The notes under the pieces are model-generated. The model ran no database searches, was not told the DNA's origin, and saw nothing but the letters and a program-made list of their open reading frames with translations. A stretch of DNA of 64,000 bases from the human T2T-CHM13v2.0 reference genome, Homo sapiens, in assembly GCF_009914755.1 (NCBI RefSeq), contig NC_060932.1; one strand, written 5' to 3'. Within the stretch, counting starts at the first letter, position 1. Every line of letters starts with the position of its first letter. Shown here piece by piece: positions 53,145 to 64,000 of this stretch. A program made the position numbers and the translations under genes.

Positions 53145-53650
53145 TTTCTTTCATTCATTAATTAATTCAACTGATATTGTATACTTTCTAAGTGATAAGG
53201 AGATAATGAACACTGAGTGTCACAGGAAATGAAACAGAGCCAATGTCACCATTTAAGGAGTTAAGATTGAGTTTGGTGGAAAGTCAGGCAAACCATTTTT
53301 AAAAATACTACCAGATGGTGGTATCTGCTATGGAGAAAAAAGACTAGAACTTGGAAATAGAATTTGAGGTTGGAAACAGAAGGCTGCTCACTGAGATGGG
53401 AAGGGCCAAAGACCTATCTGAAGGTAACATTTGAATTGGGGCTTGAGTGAAGTAAGGGAGGAAACTGTGGATTTCTTCATGCAGGAGGAATAGCAAATGC
53501 AGTTAATTAGTATGCTTGGTATGTCTGAAGATATGGAAGAGATCAGGGTGTCTTAAATGAAGTAAGTGAAGGACAGTGGAAGTTGAGGGGTAACCAAGGG
53601 CCAGAGCAAGCAGTAAATGGTAAGCCTCATAAGGGCTTTGGATATTTCCA
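53145..53650 (-). mobile_element. L2a 3' portion
   Basis: ttcattcatta...tgctatggagaaaaa...gaaggtaacatttgaattggggcttga...aatagcaaatgc. Confidence 0.75.
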
Positions 53651-53981
53651 ACATATCAATTTTCCCTCCCTAATGGATGATTTTTATTGGCATACAGATA
53701 TCTTCCTTATTAACAAAGAAGCAAAACAAACAAATGATTTTCCATTGACCTCACAGTTTTCTTTGTTTTTTTTTTCTCATTTTTAAGTTACCATTCAGTA
53801 CAACATTTGTTTAATACACTTGCTCCTATCTCCATTAATACACCAGAGGTCAAGCCACCATATGTCTTACCTAGCTGGACTACTACAATAGTTTCCATTT
53901 GGTCTTCCTGACTCCATTCTTCCCAATACATTGGCCTGAACCATCACCTTCTTCTATTCTCTACAAAGCAGCCAGATTAAT

Positions 53982-54746
<765 letters not shown>

Positions 54747-56136
54747 TATATTAATTCTTTGAAATGTAAGATAGATCATATCACTTCCCTGCTCAAACCC
54801 CTCAGGACTTCGTAGAAACTCACAAGTCTTACAATGGTTTAGAAAGTTCAACATGACCTGGCCTCCCTGGCTGCAGGGTGGGGACCAGGGTGAGGTGAAG
54901 GAGGTATGTAGGGCACAAATTTGCAGCCAATGCAGCTGATGCTTCTCTCAAGTTATATTAGACTTGGATTTCTCACCTCATCTGCTGTCTTTCCTCGAGC
55001 TAACTCTACTCTATCCATAGTGGCCAGTATGTTGCTCCTTGAGCAACCAAGCACATTCTTGCTTCAGTGCCTTTACATTGCTGTTTCTTCAGAGCTCTGG
55101 GACATTCTTCTAGGCATTGGGCATAGCTTAATTTCTCACTTCATTTAAATCTCTTGTCAAATGTCACCTTCCCTGAAAAGCCTTTTTTGACAATTTCATT
55201 TGAAGTACAGCCTCATCACTTTCTAACCCCCTTACTCTGTTTCATTTTTTTCCCTCTTAGTGCTTATCACCCTGGGTATCATATTATTCTTTATTTGTTT
55301 TTCATTTTTTCTACTAGAACAGAAGTGCCATGAAGACAGAGTCTTTGCCTTACTTACTGTTTTAAAATTACCAGGGTCTAGGACAGTGTCTGGCATATAG
55401 AAGATGCTCACTAAATATTTGTTAAATGAAAACAAAGATATGGAAAATGTATTTCTATGAATGACAATGGAAACATTCAAGTGCTTTCTGTGAGCCAGGC
55501 ACTGTTCTAAAAACTCTAAGTGTATTAACTGATTTTATCTTCTCAATGTTTTCAGATGAGAAAATGGGCATGGAAAGACCAAGTAACTTGACAAACTCAC
55601 ACAACTAGTAGTTAGGACTGCATCTGAATCAAGATATTGTGGCTCTAGAAGCCAACGCTTTTACATGTGTATGTTCTGATTGTATTTTTACTCTTTATGA
55701 TTACTATCGGATGTTAAAAATGAATATATACTGCAGTATACTATTAAATTTTACAATTTGATGACTGCTTTAAACATGTTAACAACTTATTTACTTGAAT
55801 AATCTTTAATATTATTGAAAGTTTTATTAGGAGTTTCTGGGTAAAAGTATGGGAGAGGGAAAATTTACTAAGCATTTATTAATTTGTCTAGCTCAGATTG
55901 TTAAAGCAGATTAAATATTGCTTTCATTCGGGTGCATTCATTGGAAATGTACTTTTAAACTGACTATTCTTTTTTCCAGTAAATTTAGAATTAGGGAATA
56001 GTAGGAGCAACTCATGTAGATAAGCTGTGCAAGGTGGCACAGGATGGCAAACCAGGCAAGGGCTAATTTTATAAATCCTTAAAAATATGAAATAAAATTA
56101 TTCTCAATAAGTAAGAGTGTTGAATTTAAAGAGATG

Positions 56137-56614
56137 TGTGCCAGATGGCCTGATGGAAATTCAGCACCATTTTCCCTCTCCTGTGTTTTCCCCTGAATTC
56201 TTGGTAATAACATTTTCCCAAATCTGTGCCAGTAGGGTTCTGGATTAGATTCCACCTAGGAGAGGCTCTTGAGCAAGATTTGGAAGGCAGAAGAGCACCA
56301 GAAGCCATGAATGTTCCTGCAGGCAGGTTCATGGGTCTCAGCAGATGGGATATGTGACATTCTGCCAGCAGCTTCCCAGCATCCTCTGGTGCATCACAAA
56401 CTTTGAGGCTTCAGGCAGCTGAGCTCACTGGTGGTGGTGGCCTGTGAGCCTGCACGTCCTCATTTCTGGAAAATCAGTGGAGGTTTTTTCTGACTTTTGC
56501 TGTCCCAACCCTGTAACGGGTTTTATAAACCTCTAACTTACTTTATTAAATTTATTTCTGCATGAACTACCTGCAGTGGCTTCCGTTTTCCTGACCTGAA
56601 TGCTAATTGCTACA
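56137..56614 (+). mobile_element. old ERVL LTR (LTR50/LTR33 group)
   Basis: TG...CA; cattttccca...agggttctggattagattc...agatttggaaggcagaag; attaaa signal; gtggcttccgttttcctgac. Confidence 0.65.
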
Positions 56615-56690
56615 CATACATTTTCTTAGGAAAAATATTTTTTTATAAAAAATGTGTTTTATAGTTTTTCTTCCATCATCGGATATTAAT

Positions 56691-57011
56691 TAATTAATTT
56701 ATTTATTTATTTATGTTATTTTTTTTTTTTTTTGAGACGGAGTCTCGCTCTGTCGCCCAGGCCGGAGTGCAGTGGCGCGATCTCCGCTCACAAGCTCTGC
56801 CTCCCGGGTTCACGCCATTCTCCTGCCCAGCCTCCCGAGTATCTGGGACTACAGGCGCCCGCCACTACGCCTGGCTAATTTTTTTGTATTTTTAGTAGAG
56901 ACGGGGTTTCACCGTGTTATCCAGGATGGTCTCGATCTCCTGACCTCGTGATCCGCCCGCCTCGGCCTCCCAAAGTGCTGGGATTACAGGCGTGAGCCAC
57001 CGCGCCCGGCC
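56691..57011 (-). mobile_element. young CpG-rich AluY
   Basis: Near-consensus AluY with most CpGs intact; compound tail; TSD cggatattaa/cagatattaa. Confidence 0.96.
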
Positions 57012-58536
57012 CAGATATTAAATTTTTTTTCAGAAAATGAGTGGAATCATTAGTGTCAATTATTGCCTTAAAATATTCCACTGGGGTTGTTAAAATAGGT
57101 AAAGCAAATCAGTTATTCAATAATTAATATTTATTATTAATATTTAAACTTGTTTGGTACTCTTAGCTTGTGAAATAAAGTTGAGGGAGATTTCCTTGGC
57201 AGGTAAGCATTGGCAGATTTGCAACCCAAAGAAGTGGAAGTACTCTTCAGAATTATTTGGATACAAATAATCTCTTCCTCAAACGCAGATATCTGCTCTG
57301 TCTCCCAATTCTTCTGGCCACTCCTACTTTCTACCAAGTTCTATGCTAGTAAACAAAGGATAGAATCATACAGACTCATCTTTGTATAGCGCTTTCAGTT
57401 TACGAGGCATGCCCCATACATTGCATCATTGGATCCCCACAAATTTAAGCTCAATTCCTGTGGGTTTCCACAATTTCCTATACTTTCCCTTATTATAGCA
57501 CTTATGCATTACATTTAAAAATTTCATGTCTCTTCTACCACCCCTAGATTTCAAACCCTTTGAGAACATGAATTCTGTCCTTTAAATTAATATTTAGTTT
57601 TTTGTTGTTGGTATAAATCATGTCCTAATGATCATTGTTAGCCCTATCCTAGGGCCAAGCTCCTAGCAGATGGTCAGAAAGGATATATTTAATAGCTGAA
57701 TGTAAGTGGCTGAGACTGAGTTGATGTGAAACATTTTGGATTCTAAAACCCATAACTTTTTAATGATGCCACTTTACTTCTCATTCAAAATATATTTATA
57801 ATACCCCAAAGAATGGGTAAAATAATCGAAGAAAAAATAAGCTCCTAACATATTTTATGTAAACTACTTGGCATAACCAAAAAAAGCAGAGGGAGGAATC
57901 TGGTTTTATTATTGTTTTTAACAGGTATTAACCCCAGTATACCTTTTCAGTCACATGTTCCTTACTTCTCCAAGTATTCCATGCTATCCAATCACTGAAT
58001 TATAGGGAAATGAGTAACAAAAATAATTCATGTTCTGTGCCTGGAAGACTTGACACAAGCTTTGTTTTAAATGGTTTGTCTGAAAAATTCAAGGAAGCAT
58101 AGAAAAAGTGGTGGCAGATGGAGTGGTTTATTTTGAGCCGAATTTTAGGCAATCTTTGTGTTGATGAATAAAAGTTATTTATTCTGGAACACTACTATGT
58201 GAAGAGTTATACTAGTTTCGAGGAGACGAATATGCATTAGATGTGGTTTTTATCCTCAAGGAGTGCACCCCCTTGTGGAATGGTCGGTTATTTGACAGGT
58301 ACAGGAAGGTGTGAAGTGTTGAAGAGCGAACAAAGTAAATGATGGATTTTGATATTTAAAAATGCTCTTTATACTAAGATTGTGCTGGAAGAAATATCCC
58401 CTGGATGTCAGGCCAACAGAGACAGAATCAAGGAATAGAAGAGAATGATGGTCCTTCTACCAATCACCTGCTTCTAGGTATAAAGTACAGCTTACTGCAG
58501 AGGTCATTGCCTTCAGAGTTAGGCATCAGTTCTGAA

Positions 58537-58729
58537 AATTGAAGACTCAGAGGTGAAACGGTGAAGTGATAAGTGAAAACTCAGATATAAGTAGCAGAAA
58601 TAAGATTAAAATCCCAGTTTCCAGAGTACCAGTTTAATGTCATTTCTAATACTTTGCACTCTTTGGACTTTTTTAGACTTCAGGCGTAAGAATTTCAATT
58701 CCCACACCTACGTTTTCCCCAAGCAAGAT
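58537..58729 (+). repeat. copy 1 of ~195-bp local duplication
   Basis: Collinear with 59876-60070, about 85% identical by eye. Confidence 0.9.
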
Positions 58730-59875
58730 TAGCAAGATTATTCCACATACAGAGAAATTCATTACTAAGTCAGCTGCCCAACTTCTTTTTAAGGTAAAGA
58801 TAAATTAATGTAAATCTTCCTGTCCTTCTTATTGCAGATAAGAATGAATGCATATGAAAAGTATGTTTATTCATTTAAATGTTTAGTTTGTAGGCATAGT
58901 GTCCAAGAATGGGCATTGGAGTGGGTGGGAAATGTGTTAAAGTAAAGGTGACTTGGATTCAGGAATAAGATTCCTTCATGAATGCAAGGCAATTTGATAT
59001 TTTTCTCTTATACTGAACTGAATTCATGCAGGTGTGTATGCTAATATTACATATTTTGGTTTATATATCTAAAGTATAGAAATTTTAAAAATTAGACATC
59101 ATCTTAATTATACCAGTCAAAAAAATTTGCCTAATTTAAACCAGTATATTTTTTTCCAAAGCAGAGTGACTTTTTATTTTGGTAGATGTTTCTTACCAGA
59201 TAAATCACACATTCATCAAGAATTGCTGTGATTGCCTCACAGAGATGAAAAAAAAAAAAAAAACTTGCCCTAAATTAAAAATAAAATCTATCTACTTTAA
59301 TTGTAAAATGGGAATGATTACTACTATTTACTGATTACTTAAATATTCATGAGAAAGAGTCTCCAAATTTAGATGGCTGTATATTTAAAGATAAGGGTGT
59401 GCTCATATTTCTTATAAGGAGATAGAGTTAATTCTTATCCCCATGGTGGAGCTCCCAGACAGCGTGGCAGATGCCTTTGTTGATTTCTGTACATTTAAAA
59501 GGTAATGAGTAGCAGTGAGGGAGTTTCTCTCTGAGTCAAATGGAGTGGATCAGGATGATTTGCCTTGGATGCACAGAAATAATTTATTTTGTTACTCCTT
59601 TTCATCGGACATGACACCTCAAATATTGAATGTATGAATTCTGAAAATTGATATATCTATTTAGGCTTTAAAAAATCTCCACATAGAGAAGAACTGAACA
59701 CTGCCAGGTGCCTGGGGGAAATTCTGGTATTACTTGGAAAATATTGGAAGGAAGGGCAGAAAGATCTCCTTCTACCCGACACACCATGGATGGCTTGTTG
59801 TTTCGATGCCTGAGTGTCAGAGCTGGAGTGAACTCTGGGCATAATCAAATCCAAGCTATAATTTTACTGATAACG

Positions 59876-60070
59876 AATTGAAGACTCAGAGAGGTGAAGT
59901 GGTGAAATGATAAGCAAAAAGTCAGGCATAATTAGCAGAAATAAGATCAAAATCCACGTGTCCAGAGTCCCAGTTTAATGTCATTTCTGATACTTTGCAG
60001 TCTTTGGACCTTTTTTGACATTAGGCATAATAGTTTCAAATCCCACATCTAGCTTTCCCCCAAGCAAGAT
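59876..60070 (+). repeat. copy 2 of ~195-bp local duplication
   Basis: Shares aattgaagactcag ... ccagtttaatgtcatttct ... ccccaagcaagat with copy 1. Confidence 0.9.
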
Positions 60071-60642
60071 GAAAAGATGTGTCTCTGCTCACAGAATCCC
60101 TTCCTATGACCTTTATCCCAGTCTACTTTCTGACCCTGTTGGCTTACTCCTCTTTCCCTTGGAAAAAAAAAAAAAAAGAAAACCTGCCACCTCACTATAA
60201 ATTTGCCTTAGAGATTGCCACTTAGTTCATTTACAAATAAGATGGGATGGGATGAGAGGGATGGAAAGGTGAAAAGAAGAGAAGGCCACTCATCCTCTTA
60301 CTGACATGGATGTTTTGTCATTTTTTGGTCAGTATTTTTTTTTTCTGCATATTACTCTCACTTCTCCTACTAGGTTTTGTGCATTTGGAGGGCAACTGTG
60401 ATGACATTTCGTCTGTTTTCTGTTTTTTTTGGCAGAACACCATGAATATAGTAAGTTTCGGTACATTTTGGGGTAGTTCCTTCAATCGAGGCAGCAGGCA
60501 GAAGACATAACACTGCTGAGACAAGCTCAGTATGATTCTGTGGTCTAACCAAGTCATAAAGCAAAGGACACATTTTCATTAATCTACCTTCCAGCTGATA
60601 AAATCTTCTAATGAGCCATGTGCCATCTCAGAAAATTATAGC

Positions 60643-61151
60643 ATGTATGGTCCAAAATTTGATCAGGAACACAAACAGACCACTCAACATATATTAAACA
60701 GAAAAGGACTCAATACAGGTAACTAGATGCTTTCAAAACCATTGGCAGGGTTAGAGGCATGAAACAGAATGTGACCACTTACTCTCAAGTGTTCTAGTTT
60801 CCAGAAAGTCTCTGGAATCATAAGAAACTATTGGTTATGTTCCGAGCTGCCTCCACAACTGAGCTAGGTGATTCTCGAAAAACCACCCAGAAACCGATGC
60901 AAAATATCCCATTTGCTGAAGCCCACAAGTTTGTGACTGTCTTTTCTAATGGAGAAACAACAATACAGTTTCTGTTTCTTTTGCCTCTCAAACTTCATGC
61001 AAGCGCCTCTGGCTGGCACATTCTAACCTGGAACCCTGATGATAAGAATTATGAAAAAAATGCTGCTTCCAGGCTTCTAGTGTCTAGAAATAGAGAGAGC
61101 ATTGGGAAAGGTGGGTAGAAATGGTGTCATTTCTAAAGACAGTCCAATACA
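60643..61151 (-). mobile_element. old ERVL LTR (LTR50/LTR33 group)
   Basis: tcaggaacacaaacagaccac...aatacagg...aacctggaaccctg...ttccaggcttctag...gacagtccaataca; antisense relative of the 56137 element. Confidence 0.55.
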
Positions 61152-61820
61152 TACACGTTTCTTCAGCTTTTAATTATTTTGTTTTCACCATTTTTTTAAT
61201 CTACTAATTAAAAAAAAAAAATCCTTGGGTGTGTGTTATTTATTCATCTGATGAGTTCAGTATGTAACTGACATACACATGACATAGTTGTTTTTTTTCA
61301 GGAAGAGTAGTTTGAGGAACTGTTTATCAGTATATTGTATAAGAGTGAACATGGTATTTGGGTAATAGAACAAATTCTTCAAATAAAAAAATGTTATGAC
61401 TATACTCTGACAAAAACTTACCTCAGGGATATATTTTGGCTTGAGAGAATTTTATTTTTAAATGGAAAGTGTGAAGAATGCAAATCACTTTTTAAGCTAT
61501 TCAATTTGCTTTTGGGAGAGACTGACTTTGGGGTCAGAGTTTTAGAATAACTTAGTAGTATGCTTATAAATGTATGATCTTTCTTTACTTATACCAATGA
61601 CAATTATCTAAACATGATCCATACGTCAAACACTTACACAGTAATAAATAAAAAACTGCTGATACTTGATGAAAAGAAAAAGCTTTTTTTGTAGAAATGA
61701 TACTGTTTTCCACCCACTAATAATTACCTCCCTTTGCAAATATTTAGAAATCTACATATTTCAATATTATCAACACATGAAAGTTAAACATGTTTTATTT
61801 CCTAGAGATTTTATCATTTT

Positions 61821-62101
61821 GGCCAGGGATAGTGGCTCATGTTTGTAATCCCAGAACTTTGGGAGGCTAAGGATCGCTTGAGCCCAGGAGTTTGAGACTA
61901 GCCTGGGCAAGATAGTGAGATCTTGTCTCTACAAAAAATAAAAAATTATCCAGGTGTGGTGTCGTATGCTGTGGTTTCAGCTACTCAGGAGGCTGAGGTG
62001 GGTGGATTACTTGAGCCTACAAGGTCGAAGCTGCAGTGAGCCGTGATCGCACCACGGCACTCCAGCCTGGGTAATAGAGCGAGACTATGTCTCGAAAAAA
62101 A
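61821..62101 (+). mobile_element. AluJ
   Basis: ggatcgcttgagcccaggagtttgagac, aagctgcagtgagccgtgatcgc; short tail. Confidence 0.92.
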
Positions 62102-62382
62102 GACAGAATATGTCATTTCATCATGGATTTAGGAAGAAAGCCACCAAGAAAGGTGAGACTACCTTTATGAATAACAATTATCTGTAAATAGGGAGGGAAA
62201 TAAAAAAATGATATCCTTCTTTCATTGTTATTCTTGGAAACATTTTACATTTATAGGCATGATAGGATAAAATGTATTGATATTTTACTGATCACAGCAC
62301 ACCACATTGGCTGGCCTCTAATTGTCAGTAACAGGTTAGGGAGATTATGTCTGTAAATACTGCATAGGAGGTCTAGATACAA

Positions 62383-63965
<1,583 letters not shown>

Positions 63966-64000
63966 GATAGCCTGTGATTATGTTAAAGATAGCAATAGTA

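Noticed and set aside
56730-57011. CpG island or promoter
   Set aside because: CpG richness is confined to a young AluY.
56137-61151. Two related LTRs as ends of one provirus
   Set aside because: They are in opposite orientation with no retroviral internal sequence; independent solo LTRs.

Overview
AT-rich, CpG-poor primate genomic DNA. AluY copies imply a catarrhine, most likely human or another ape. The window is intronic or intergenic: I can support no intact protein-coding gene, RNA gene, CpG island or CRISPR array. Most supplied ORFs fall in Alu, L1, LTR or DNA-transposon sequence or are chance ORFs. A large share of the window is a layered transposable-element record: about ten Alus (J/S/Y), L1PA/PB/M fragments, L2 and MIR, many MaLR/ERVL/ERV1 LTRs (several with intact target-site duplications, TSDs), a near full-length Tigger1, a two-LTR THE1A provirus and an ERVL internal remnant. 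I found no new multi-gene system. The most notable signals are: (1) an L1PA8-like insertion with a ~140-bp 3' transduction inside a perfect 17-bp TSD (20402-20967); (2) a ~370-bp non-repeat, AATAAA-bearing insert splitting a Tigger4a (candidate retrocopy or orphan transduction); (3) an old ~195-bp local duplication; (4) a 21-bp triplication inside an Alu; (5) a twin-priming L1 inversion; (6) LTRs with retained regulatory motifs (MLT2A2, LTR8). Subfamily names come from my recollection of consensus sequences and need RepeatMasker/Dfam confirmation. Boundaries of old repeats are approximate.
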